From positions 9,660-73,659 of IMG/VR virus record IMGVR_UViG_3300037333_000056: a stretch of DNA of 64,000 bases; one strand, written 5' to 3'. The notes beneath the pieces are model-generated. The model did not search any database, had not been told where the DNA came from, and worked only from the letters and a program-made list of their open reading frames with translations. Positions 28,380 to 39,700 of this stretch are shown here, piece by piece (position 1 is the first letter of the stretch; each line of letters begins with the position of its first letter). Both the position numbers and the translations under genes were made by a program. This DNA is from a virus.

Positions 28380-31300
28380 TTATCCTACTATCTGAGGGAA
28401 AAATGCATCGCTACTTAGTAGTGGGGCATTTATAAAATCTAACCCATTTCCATCAAAATGCTTTCCAAACATCTTAACAATTATGTTGCTATCAATTATT
28501 GTATCTGGATGGATATCAATAAACTGTTGAATACTTGTACCAAATGCAACTCCAGCTGGATTAGCCTTTACAGTAGCAAGTATTACTTTCTGAATCCTCA
28601 TCCAGAATGATGGGAATAGCAGAACACCATAATCACTTAGTGCTTTTACTTCTTTAGGCATATTTATTTTGTAATCAACAAATGATTCAAGAGTAATTTT
28701 TATTGCATCATGCTCGCTTTTGCCTTGAGCAATAAGAGTGTCTAGTAATATTTTCCTTGACACTATATCTATCGATTGCACAGCAAACGATCCAAATCTT
28801 ACCATTGCACTATCTGGCGAGGCAATAAACTCTGATATGTATTTTGCCATATCTCCAGTCTTCTTGTTGTGCTCTATTCTATCTCCAGACTCAATTAGAT
28901 TATCACCAAAAGATTGCAATGCTTTAAAGTTTTTAGCACTTTTGCCAGCAAACTGCAACAGCGTCTCTACGTTCATGCTTTGGTGACCACTTTGAGATAG
29001 GGCTTTAATAGCTTTTGCAAGACCGTTATTTTTACCATTGCTGTCTTTCAAGAACTTATTTAATAATGATTCTATGTCGTTTTGTAGACCAGAAATAACA
29101 GACTCATCTTTATTCATTACTTCAACTGATATTGATTGCATCATTCCAGTATTTAACATTATTGCCATAGGATGTGTTTTTATTGACTCTTTGACGCGTT
29201 TAAGTTTGTTATCAACATCTTCACCAGAATACTTTTTTATCTCAAGCTCTAGTTGTTTTAGTCTTAGCTTTTCAAGTGATTTCATATCTACTATAGACTC
29301 TTTTATTAGCCTTGGAATTTCTTGAACTGGAACACCATACGCTAGTAATATTGCAACGTTTGATGTTGTGTCTCCAAATATTTTTGGAATATTTGTGATT
29401 ACCCAATGTATTTTGGTTAACTTTACTGCTTGTCTTATAGCAAATGCTGCCTTTTTGAGCGAATCATTATTGCTAAACAACACAGGATCGTTAAACCCTA
29501 TAGCAATGTCTGAAAAATCCTTTCTTACTAGATGAAGATGCTCGTTAATACCACCTACGGTTGTGACATTTGATACTACTTTATATCTGTCTCCTATTAG
29601 TTTATGTGTCTCAAGAACCTCTTTTGCAGTTGAAGAATCTGGCAAGCTTAAAAACAATGGAATATCTTTTGTATCAATATCTGCAAGGTCTTCTTCAAGC
29701 TTATCTATTGACGAACTTGTCTTTAGATATTTTGTCATAGTTTGACTAAGCAATTCATCTCTTGCAGCTTGAGTATTATGTATTTCAATTGACCTACCAT
29801 ACGACCTTACAATAGCATCAGCAGGGTTCTTGTTTAGTCCGAGAAGATCTAATTGATCAGGCGTAAGAACTATTTTTTGAAATGAGCCTTTTAAAGTTTT
29901 GATGCTGTATACATTATTCATGCCTTTCAGCTCTTTATCTTTTGGAACAATTATGTCTTGGTTGAGGTAGTGGACACTTGTTCCTGCTCCTTCTTGGCTT
30001 GTTTGTTCGACTCTGTCTCTGTATACTATTCCGTAGTCTTTTGATGTAGGCTTTTGAAGTATTCTCCATCCAGATTCTTTTGTGTAATCATTATGGTTAA
30101 GATCTTTCTTTGTTACAATAGCAAATTCTTTTGGAACAGTAAATGATTCATATAACAGGTTCTCTTTTCCAAGCATTTTATCTTTAGTTGTAGCATACAT
30201 CTTATTGTGTGAGCCAAACATTCCAGCGGATAGTGTCATTAATTCTGATGCAAATTTTTTATTCTTTCTTAATAGCTTAAATGCATTCTCGTACTCTCTT
30301 ACAGTATTTCCTTCTTTATTTATACGTGTATTCTCTTTTATGCTATATAGTGCAAGAAGTGCTCCTAGATTTAGACGCTCTGCACTATCTTGTGGATGCA
30401 TTTGTGCAATATTGTATGCGTCAGTGGTTCTTGATGGAGTTCTTTTGCCAGCGTATATCTGTGCCATTGCTCTTATTCTGTGTATCTTGCTTGTATTACC
30501 TATTTTAGACTCATATTCTTTTATGTATTCATCAATTGCTATTGTTATATCTCCTGCACGCTTATTTATAAGATTACTCATTATCTCGTTAGAACCAATA
30601 AGGTAGAAAATTGGAGATCTTGCAAAGGTATAGTATATGTTATCCTTGTCTCTGTCTGACATATGCTCCATAAGTTTATTTAGTTTAGATATTTTATTAT
30701 CTTCGAATTGCTTACGTTTTTGTGCACTTGTCATTGTGAGCGTAATTGCACTGTTTAAGCTATCAAATGTTCCTAGCCTACCCCAAGTATCAAGATATCC
30801 TTTTAGTGACTGTAGCCAGTCAGCTGAACCCCAATAGTCTTCTGCTCTATCAAATTGCATTTTATATACGTCAAAATTTTGATACATAAACTCATGAGCT
30901 TTTGCAACTCCAGATTCAGTCTTTGGACCTATAGTGCTTGTATATATATCTCCAAGGCCATTTGATATACTCTTGTTTAACATAAATAGAGATTTATCAA
31001 GGATTGAATCAATATCAACCTTATGTTCTTTACCTTTATATACATAGCTCATTGTTTCTTTTAGAGATTCTTCAGCTTTCTGTTTTGTATCTTTTGGCTG
31101 AGAATCAGTACTAGAACCAGCGTGCACGGTATTTGTTATGTCGTCTTCTTTTTTGTTTTTATCTTGTTTTTTTGCCTTGCCACTACTAGATGAACTCTTG
31201 TCATACTTTTCATTATATGTTCCGTACACTACATCAACAGTAGCGTCAAGTGTGTATTCTTTCCCGTCTAAATGAGTTATTTTATTATAGTTTTCTCTTG

Positions 31301-34300
31301 CATGCTTTCCTGTCATAAAAGGTTTTATTCCATTGTCTTTATTGACATAATCTGTTATATGAAGAGGCGTTCCATCAGGTTGCCTAGAATACACTGTTCC
31401 ATTTGCCTCAACAAGAACAGTTCTGTATTCCATATCATCATTCTTAAAGTGCCCGATAACAGTTACTTTAGCATTATCACCTTCCTTGCCAGGAATTTCT
31501 GGGCCATAACTATACTCGCCCTCAGGATTAAAATTAAATGTTATATGCTTTCCATCACTAAGCTTGAACTGACTAAATAATTTAATCTTGTCTCCATTTA
31601 TAAACAGTGCATTAAATTTATTGCTGATCTTTTTGCGGATATTTACACCTTTACCTGCGTTGTTAAATCTTACTCCGGATGCCATAACTCCATGTATTGC
31701 AAGCTTAAGTATGTCTGCATCTACAATTTCTTTTGAACTAATCTCGTTGAATTGCTTATTCGTTACTTTTGATATTCTACCTTTTATATTGTTCCATAGT
31801 TTGATAACATTATTTTTAAGAGTTGTAGATGTAATGTTTCCACTCTGCTTATTTATATGTTTTATTGCAGCATATGTCAATTTTGCCGTAGAGTCCTCTG
31901 CTACCATTACTGCTTCAAATTCAGCAGTCCTATGCAGTTCGTCTTCTATCTTAAGCACGTCCTGTATACGTTTAGGAAGCTTATTTATTACTTTTTCGTC
32001 AAGTCTTGAAAGTATCTCTAGTGTCTTTTTTATATATTTTGCATTTTGATCAGATTTTCCACTCGCAGAATATAAGTACCCAACAGTAGAATAGTGAACT
32101 ATCTCGTGTGCTATTGCAGTTTCAATATCTAGGCCAGAACCAGACAGTGATTCTTTTGTACCTATAGTAATTCCATGTACGCTAGGGTCATACGAGAATT
32201 CAGAACCAGATGTGAGAGACTTAACATTTTCACTTTTTATGAATTCAGATATTATTTGATTATCTTTATACTTATTTATGTCAAGTGTTTTGTTCTCTGC
32301 TCTTTTTACTAATTCTCCTATAATATTAGATAGGACTTCAACATCGTGCGATGCATCATGTGCCTTACCATCTTTTTTTACACCTAATAGACTTTCTACT
32401 GCAGATTGCGTCCTATCAAACTTTGTTCTGTTGTTACCTTTGTTGTCTACAAATTCAACGTCATCTTCATTTGAGTCTCTTAGCTCGCTAACAGCAAGCA
32501 ATTTTGCATCAAATATTTCAAATTTGTTTGATAGAAGTTCATCTACGCCAGAATATGATGACAATATATCGAAGTCAGACTTTATACCATTGTATGCAAT
32601 TATTGGAGTCTTTCCTCCATCAACGCTTAATGATTCAAGAGCGTCTCGTATTGATTTTGCAACACTATCCTCGTTGTATTCTTTTGCTGAGTCAGGTATG
32701 TCTCGCTTATATTCACTGTACTCTTTCATATCAAGTATAGCATCGAAGTCATTGCTTGACGGCTTATATTCGAACGTTACAGGATCTCCATCTTGTACAA
32801 TTGTGCCATTTTCATATTTATATTTTCTTGCGTACAGCTGTAGTAGTTCTTTTGATTTTCCGCCTTTAGCATGGTCATATCGTCTTTCGTCGCTAGGGTC
32901 AAATGTATTTTCAATATCTATTACAACAACAGGTTCTCCACTAGAGACAATATCAATTATCTTGTTAGCGTGATCTGTTACAAACTCTGATATTTTATCT
33001 CCATCTATAAATGGTCTATCTTTATGTCCAGTAGGAGTTATTGCATATGTATCAAGATATTCACTGCTTATTTCGTCTTTCCATGACGATGTATCTGCAT
33101 CATTGTTGTTGCCGTTGTTATTATTATCATTTTCTGTAACGTCTATATAAGTGTCTTTTTTATCTGATTCTATATCATTATTATCCAACCTATAGTTTTC
33201 TTTGCCTGCAATATTGTTTCCATTAAACCCAAACAATAAGTGGTTCTCAGACATACCAGCATTATATACATACTTCTTGATGAACTTTCTTTTTTTATCT
33301 ATTTTTTCACTGACAGAATCAAGATTGTTTGTGTTGTCTATAAATATTGACTTCTTTATTTGCTCTGCAGAAATAATATTTTCATCATGTCCAACATCTG
33401 CTATCTGATCCTGAAATGAATCATATAGCAGAACCAGTTGCTCGGATATATCATATTCATAGTTTATTTCAGATGTAAGTTTTTGATACTCAACATCATA
33501 TATGTCACCATACACTGGTACACTATGTATAGCATCATATATTCCAGCTGTACCATTCTGAAGTACATTTAGCAGGTCATCACGATCATTCTCAAGTGAC
33601 CTGATGTACTCATTGTCAGATCCATCAATCCTGTTTAGTTCACGTACCTCTAGGTTTATATCAAGTATCTTTTGCTTAATTATGCGTCTTGTGTTTCTGT
33701 GTGCTAACTTTTCTAGTCCTGAATCTATGCTATGTATACCAGATACTGCTGGAATTAATCCATTTGATAGCTCCTTCTTTATAGGAACATATCCAGCTCT
33801 GTCAGATTCTACAAGAACCTGTCGCTTAGAAGTTATTGGCATTCCGTACTGCTTAATCATTTTCATGTACCATGCTCTATACTCAGGAGTACCTTTTGCA
33901 GTAATCTTTAAGTTATCTTCACTATGTGTTTTGCCATATAAGATATGGTCAGGATTACGTTCTACTCCATTGTCATCAGTATTACTTTCTGTTATTATCA
34001 TCCATGTTCCTGCAGGAATTATCATCCTAGGGAACCTGTCGGCAGCATCATGATAGTGTTTACTTGCGTCAGAATAGAATGTGTCTATATTTCTGTAATA
34101 TGAGCTTAGATCATTCTTGTATGCAGTAGTAGCTTGACCAAGCGTGCTATCAAGTAGCCCAGCTAGCCTATCAACTAACCCAACACCTTCCTGTGCAAAG
34201 TATGCTTGAATTGCAAGATAAACTCCAGGTATAGCAGCAAAATCTAATTCAGTATGCTTAGATAGATCTAAAACATTTTCGTACTTATGAAGTTCTGCAG

Positions 34301-36782
34301 ATTTATACAGATCTTCGTCAACTTCTTTTATTGATGAAACAAGTAAGTTTAGTGCTGAAACCCTATCGTTAGTGCTTCCACTTGTTGCGGCAGTATCTAA
34401 GTACTCAAATACATCATTAGTCATGTCTCTTGATGCAGACGCTCTTGTCCCAGCAGCCCCTGCTTGATAGTTTTTAACCATAGTAACTGGCTTAAGCATG
34501 TCGCGTATAGATCCAAATATTCCAAGACTTGTAAACTTAGACATTACAGTAAAAGTTGATTCATCGGTATCTTCTTCTTGAGAGTTTGCATGTTCATCGT
34601 CTACTGCTTTTCTTAGTATTGCATATGCATCTGCAAGATATTCATCTTCACTAAGATCTTTTCCAGAATCCTTTGCAATCTTCATTTTGATAAGTAAATC
34701 TTTTATCATCTCATCAGCCACATCATTAGAGCCTAGTGCTTGATATAATGTCAATATTACACCAGAAGCAGTTGCATCAGACTTGGTTCTGTAATGAGTG
34801 GTTATTTTGTCAGATCCTGATTCTTTTGCACTTCTAATATCAGATATTGCAGATAAAGAGTCTATTGCTGACCAAACGCTCTTGGTTTTGAATTTAAACT
34901 TAGTTGCTTTTCCGGAAACCATTATTTCATTTTTAGCAAGTATCTTCATTAGCGTTGACATTGCTGACACTCTTTGATCACTAGTTAACTCTTTATTCTG
35001 AGTCTTTCTAAATAGCTTAACAAGATTATCTAATGGCTTATTTATTCCTTCGTTTTCTATAGCTTGATACCGCTTTATCTCTTCTTGTATTTCACTTGAT
35101 CCTATGAATTCGTCGACTATAGAACCGAACACCTTGTAATATGCAGATGTTCCAACTTTAAAGCTTGACTCTCCGCCAGAAACTATTGACCTAGACATTT
35201 TGTCTGATATTTCATTAAGTACATTTGATGTTGGCATTGAACGACTATTTCTTACTATCTTATGCTTCTTTACATATTTTTTCCCATCTTTGAACCTGTC
35301 GAATGTAATAAGTAGATTTGCTAGTGGAGTCTCTTTAGAGATTGACATGCCGACCTCATTATCTACTCTTTCCTGCGTCAACGCACCATCATATGAACCA
35401 AAAATCTTATTCTTAAGTGCTACATCTTTTATTCCAATAGATTCATACACTTTATTTAGAGAGACCTTATCATCTATTCCAGAATCATTATTAAACACAT
35501 TGCTCATACTTGATAAAAGGTCGTTGAATATTGGGTTAATCATATTTTCTGTTTTTGAAAGACCAACCTTGTCTTCAGTAAATATTTTTGCATACTCATC
35601 TGGAACTCCAAGATTTTGCTTTCCATCATTGCCAGATCCTTGCTCTACAGTAAATAATTGATTTTTTAATTCAGTAGGAACTCTATATTTTTCATTTGGA
35701 GGGATTGTATCGTCTGCGGCATCAAGTTCTTCTTTTTTTATTAGCTTCTCAATATAGCTATTGTTTGTTGGTGCTTCCATATTTTGAGTTGTTGTCATCT
35801 TATTTATTGCTTGTGATGCGTTATACGTTGCCTGCAAAACTGGATATGCAGTTATTTTTTTAGTATTAAAAGAACCAGTGTTTAGAATCTCTGCAACAGT
35901 ATTCTTGTCTTCAGGTTTTGTTGATTTTCCTAATAGCTTTGTTGTGTTTATATATATAGCATCTGCACCGTCAATAATTGGTTCTACACTTATATTGCCT
36001 CCAAACATATCTTTAAAGTTATTATTTAGTGTTTGTCCATTCTCTATTACTTTAACTAACCCATTACCGTATTCATCTACTGCAACCTCTGTTAGTGCAT
36101 TAACTGCAGATTTTCCTATTGATATATACGCTTCATTAGCAGATATTGTGTCTGTCTCAAACTTGATTCCAGATGCTATTGCTATCTGCCTACCTATTGC
36201 TCCATACAGATTAATTGAACTAAGAATTGTTGTTCCATACTCAGATTTTAGAGTATCTTTTACAGACAACTTATCTTCTGGAGACAAGTTGAGATTCTGT
36301 AATATATGATTTTCTGCTTTTCCAGCATTTGCTATTGCATTAAATGCTATACCTACAGCACGCATAGTTGAACCTATAGTTCTTATCTCCTTATTTAGGA
36401 GCTCTTCATTTTCATCTTTTGATAACTTATCATTATACTTATATCCTACTGGATCTACTCCATCTATATCTAGTATTCCGTCGAATAATATATTTGCTGA
36501 GGTGTTTCCTATCTTTGTTCTTGACTTGTTTATTGCACTATGTATAGCAGATTTTATTTTTGGAATCTTTACTTCGCTATCAAGCTTAGACATAATCTCT
36601 TCTTTAATTGAAGCATCAATATTTGACATCATGTATACATAGTCTTCTGCTTTAATAGACTGAATATTCCAAGCAATAGGAGTGCTGCTTCCTGAACTAT
36701 TATCCAATACTGCAGATTTCATTCTTATTTTGCCAGTCTTAGTATTTAATAATATCTTTGCATACTCTTTACATTTTCTCAT
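28380..36782 (-). CDS. Virion-encapsidated single-subunit RNA polymerase (N4 vRNAP-like) with extra domains
   Basis: 2800 aa; RNSR, motif A KSDATASG, motif B RDMLKPVTMVKNY, IHSID, motif C GIYDAI; plus DEDDh, HEIVH and 2x HIT motifs. Confidence 0.9.
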   Translation of the reverse strand: MRKCKEYAKILLNTKTGKIRMKSAVLDNSSGSSTPIAWNIQSIKAEDYVYMMSNIDASIKEEIMSKLDSEVKIPKIKSAIHSAINKSRTKIGNTSANILFDGILDIDGVDPVGYKYNDKLSKDENEELLNKEIRTIGSTMRAVGIAFNAIANAGKAENHILQNLNLSPEDKLSVKDTLKSEYGTTILSSINLYGAIGRQIAIASGIKFETDTISANEAYISIGKSAVNALTEVAVDEYGNGLVKVIENGQTLNNNFKDMFGGNISVEPIIDGADAIYINTTKLLGKSTKPEDKNTVAEILNTGSFNTKKITAYPVLQATYNASQAINKMTTTQNMEAPTNNSYIEKLIKKEELDAADDTIPPNEKYRVPTELKNQLFTVEQGSGNDGKQNLGVPDEYAKIFTEDKVGLSKTENMINPIFNDLLSSMSNVFNNDSGIDDKVSLNKVYESIGIKDVALKNKIFGSYDGALTQERVDNEVGMSISKETPLANLLITFDRFKDGKKYVKKHKIVRNSRSMPTSNVLNEISDKMSRSIVSGGESSFKVGTSAYYKVFGSIVDEFIGSSEIQEEIKRYQAIENEGINKPLDNLVKLFRKTQNKELTSDQRVSAMSTLMKILAKNEIMVSGKATKFKFKTKSVWSAIDSLSAISDIRSAKESGSDKITTHYRTKSDATASGVILTLYQALGSNDVADEMIKDLLIKMKIAKDSGKDLSEDEYLADAYAILRKAVDDEHANSQEEDTDESTFTVMSKFTSLGIFGSIRDMLKPVTMVKNYQAGAAGTRASASRDMTNDVFEYLDTAATSGSTNDRVSALNLLVSSIKEVDEDLYKSAELHKYENVLDLSKHTELDFAAIPGVYLAIQAYFAQEGVGLVDRLAGLLDSTLGQATTAYKNDLSSYYRNIDTFYSDASKHYHDAADRFPRMIIPAGTWMIITESNTDDNGVERNPDHILYGKTHSEDNLKITAKGTPEYRAWYMKMIKQYGMPITSKRQVLVESDRAGYVPIKKELSNGLIPAVSGIHSIDSGLEKLAHRNTRRIIKQKILDINLEVRELNRIDGSDNEYIRSLENDRDDLLNVLQNGTAGIYDAIHSVPVYGDIYDVEYQKLTSEINYEYDISEQLVLLYDSFQDQIADVGHDENIISAEQIKKSIFIDNTNNLDSVSEKIDKKRKFIKKYVYNAGMSENHLLFGFNGNNIAGKENYRLDNNDIESDKKDTYIDVTENDNNNNGNNNDADTSSWKDEISSEYLDTYAITPTGHKDRPFIDGDKISEFVTDHANKIIDIVSSGEPVVVIDIENTFDPSDERRYDHAKGGKSKELLQLYARKYKYENGTIVQDGDPVTFEYKPSSNDFDAILDMKEYSEYKRDIPDSAKEYNEDSVAKSIRDALESLSVDGGKTPIIAYNGIKSDFDILSSYSGVDELLSNKFEIFDAKLLAVSELRDSNEDDVEFVDNKGNNRTKFDRTQSAVESLLGVKKDGKAHDASHDVEVLSNIIGELVKRAENKTLDINKYKDNQIISEFIKSENVKSLTSGSEFSYDPSVHGITIGTKESLSGSGLDIETAIAHEIVHYSTVGYLYSASGKSDQNAKYIKKTLEILSRLDEKVINKLPKRIQDVLKIEDELHRTAEFEAVMVAEDSTAKLTYAAIKHINKQSGNITSTTLKNNVIKLWNNIKGRISKVTNKQFNEISSKEIVDADILKLAIHGVMASGVRFNNAGKGVNIRKKISNKFNALFINGDKIKLFSQFKLSDGKHITFNFNPEGEYSYGPEIPGKEGDNAKVTVIGHFKNDDMEYRTVLVEANGTVYSRQPDGTPLHITDYVNKDNGIKPFMTGKHARENYNKITHLDGKEYTLDATVDVVYGTYNEKYDKSSSSSGKAKKQDKNKKEDDITNTVHAGSSTDSQPKDTKQKAEESLKETMSYVYKGKEHKVDIDSILDKSLFMLNKSISNGLGDIYTSTIGPKTESGVAKAHEFMYQNFDVYKMQFDRAEDYWGSADWLQSLKGYLDTWGRLGTFDSLNSAITLTMTSAQKRKQFEDNKISKLNKLMEHMSDRDKDNIYYTFARSPIFYLIGSNEIMSNLINKRAGDITIAIDEYIKEYESKIGNTSKIHRIRAMAQIYAGKRTPSRTTDAYNIAQMHPQDSAERLNLGALLALYSIKENTRINKEGNTVREYENAFKLLRKNKKFASELMTLSAGMFGSHNKMYATTKDKMLGKENLLYESFTVPKEFAIVTKKDLNHNDYTKESGWRILQKPTSKDYGIVYRDRVEQTSQEGAGTSVHYLNQDIIVPKDKELKGMNNVYSIKTLKGSFQKIVLTPDQLDLLGLNKNPADAIVRSYGRSIEIHNTQAARDELLSQTMTKYLKTSSSIDKLEEDLADIDTKDIPLFLSLPDSSTAKEVLETHKLIGDRYKVVSNVTTVGGINEHLHLVRKDFSDIAIGFNDPVLFSNNDSLKKAAFAIRQAVKLTKIHWVITNIPKIFGDTTSNVAILLAYGVPVQEIPRLIKESIVDMKSLEKLRLKQLELEIKKYSGEDVDNKLKRVKESIKTHPMAIMLNTGMMQSISVEVMNKDESVISGLQNDIESLLNKFLKDSNGKNNGLAKAIKALSQSGHQSMNVETLLQFAGKSAKNFKALQSFGDNLIESGDRIEHNKKTGDMAKYISEFIASPDSAMVRFGSFAVQSIDIVSRKILLDTLIAQGKSEHDAIKITLESFVDYKINMPKEVKALSDYGVLLFPSFWMRIQKVILATVKANPAGVAFGTSIQQFIDIHPDTIIDSNIIVKMFGKHFDGNGLDFINAPLLSSDAFFPQIVG

Positions 36783-36793
36783 TATATTCCTTA

Positions 36794-39700
36794 TTATCTT
36801 TTAATACAGAAGGTAAATTCTTCTTCAATCAATGCCTGTTTTTCACTATCTACAAGCTCTTCATCTGATATTATATCGTACAACTCTTCAATCTCGTATT
36901 CATTTTCAATCTTCTCATTGTGTGATAAATATACTATTTCATCTTTGTTCTTTTTTATATTTTTAATCTCTTCTTTTAACTCACTCTTCCTTCTTATCTG
37001 TTCTATGTCTGCGTTTCCAGAGTTTATTTCCTGTTCGATTCCAAGCAACTCACTTTCAATTTTGTATTGCTTCTTATCTAGCTTTTTCATCTCTTTATCT
37101 ATCTGTTTTGAGCTCTTGATTAGTTTAGTGTTTCTATATATCTTTTTTTGCTTACTTGTTAGCTCAGTGTCTGTTGCATTAACGCCTCTAGCATTAATTA
37201 CTCTTCTAAATATCTCAGCCTCTTTGCTTGTTATATTCTTTGCATCTTCTGCTACATTTATAAGATTATGAACAAATTCAACCTCTTGCTTTGATCTGAT
37301 ACTGCTCTTTTTTGCATACTTCAGTATAGTATTATATGCATCAATATTATGGTTGTCCATAAGATTTGCATCTATGATTTCATCGTTTTTTGCAGATTTT
37401 AGTCCAGTTGCAGCTTCGCCTATTATTGCAACAAGTGTTTTGTTATATTCTTTTGGACTAGAGTTTTCATCTGAGTCAAAAACTATATTTAGACTGTTTA
37501 TCGCAGACTTTAGGTTCTCAGCTTTCTTTTTGTCTAAACCAGAGCTGTTGTATAGTTTTTCGGCTACATCCTGCAGGAGACGCATTCCTTCATCTTGAGA
37601 TGTTATTGCAAGGCTATATGAACGCATTATTCCCTGTATTTGGTCAATAACTTCGTTTGAATACTTATATGTACTCTTTTTTGCAACCTCTGATGATATA
37701 TTTTTAAGAACGTCTCTCGTGTGTATATTCTTTGATGAGTTTATCCTAGTAGCAAAGTCTTCACCATCCTGCTCCTCAACTTTTGCTATTTCTATTCTAG
37801 CAGCATTTCTTGTTTTAAATACTGATTCTATTGCAGCTTTCATTGCCTTACTTGCAGACGGATCATTAAAGGCTTCCTTTAGCGACTCATCTGAATATGT
37901 TCTTATATTCTTTTCTATCTTGCTTTTTGTCCCAAATGATCTCAATTTATGCATGAATGTTTTAGGGTCACTTTTGTACTCGTTTACATCTATCTTGTCA
38001 TTACTAAACTCATTTACAGCAGAACCTGACGACAATGCTTCTTGTCTCTTTATCTTGTGTCCATCTAACCTATCAAGCCTTGCTTGAATTGTTTTTGCTA
38101 GAGTATCAGCTTTATTGTTTATAGCGTTTACTTGTTCATGAATAATACCATTGTCTTTATCAAATACACTCTTTTCTACTGTGTATAGTGGACTATACTT
38201 GCTGTTTCCTACAGTATGTAATCTATCCATTGAATATATATTTGTTCCAGGAAGAAATATTTCTCTACTAGTGCCACTGGTTCTTGTATTGTTGTCAATT
38301 TTATGCATATCTCTTTTTTGCTCTGGAGTAGCATTAAGATACAGTTCCTTCATGTATGCCTGACGCTCATCTGTATCCATAAGACTTATTTTCTTCATAA
38401 CTTCTTCATCAACAGCACCAGAATCACCAAGAATTTTGTCTTTAACACCTAAAGCGTTAAGAGTTTCAGTGGTTATAAAACTTGATTTTGAAAACTCTTC
38501 AGCAGCTTTTTCGTTATACTCATCATTATTGTCGAACACTGACAGCATAGATTGCTCTCTTATTGCATTACCTAAGTCTCTTACTTCAGGTATTGCTGAG
38601 TCTGTTAGCTCTGATATGTCTTTTGCTTTTTTTGTTGCTTCTACTGCGTCTTTCATTATATGCCAGTTATCTTGCATAACTTCAATATCTTTAGACTCAT
38701 TTGCAGCATAAAAATCAAAATCAGTTTGATCCATATTGTTAACCATCGTATCGATGTTTGCTTTAGCTCTTTTTTCTGCAATTTTTGTATTAACAGATTT
38801 TGCAAAACTTTTAGCAAAAGACAAAGAGCTTGAAGGAGCTTTTGGCACCATATGCATCAATCCACCTGCTCCAGCACCAGCTATTGCAGCTTGAAACGCT
38901 TGGCTTCTATTCTTTTCGTCACGCAGAATGTCTTCGACATCCTTTTCGCTTATTCCATATTGTTGTCCAATTATCTCTCCCCATGTCTGAGTATACTCTT
39001 GAAATCCTTCCTCAGTCATACTTGCTAATGCAGAACCAGTTTTATTCAATAGCTTGTTTGTAAAAAATGGCTTTAGAGTATCTGGCATTTTGTTATATGA
39101 CGACTTTAATATTGACGTTGTTGGCTTTGTTGCTTTTGACAACTTACTTATTCCAGATACGTGATCAAAGGATAGCTTATCAAGAAGTGTAAAAGGCATC
39201 TCGAATGCATACAGTGCTGTAGCTTCTCCAACACTAACTGATGGATCTTCTCCTGCTTCAAGCTTTGCCTTTATTCTCTCATCAAGTATTCTGTTTGTGT
39301 TTACTAAGTTTATTGTCTCGACTCCAGCACCTTTAGCAAGCAAGTTTAAGCCTTTAAGCATCTGCTCAGAGTCTTTGTATTTATTGTATACGCTCAACTC
39401 TCTAGGCTTAAACGATGCCTTTCCTACATCAACTATTTTCTTTATATCAGATGCTGATGCCCCAGCAGCCTTTGCTTTATTTACGTTTGCAACCAATCTT
39501 AGTGCTCCAGCTGTACCTGATACTTCACTTACGCCTATAGACATACCAGCCATGTACGGTAACGACTCAGCTACGAATGACGGTGCAGACTGTGCAACAC
39601 TCCATAGTCCAGATGCTATATCGCCACGATTAAACGCAGCTTCAGCTTCTACAACTTTACTTTGAGCGTAATGCCTATCATATCCAACAAATTTATCTGC

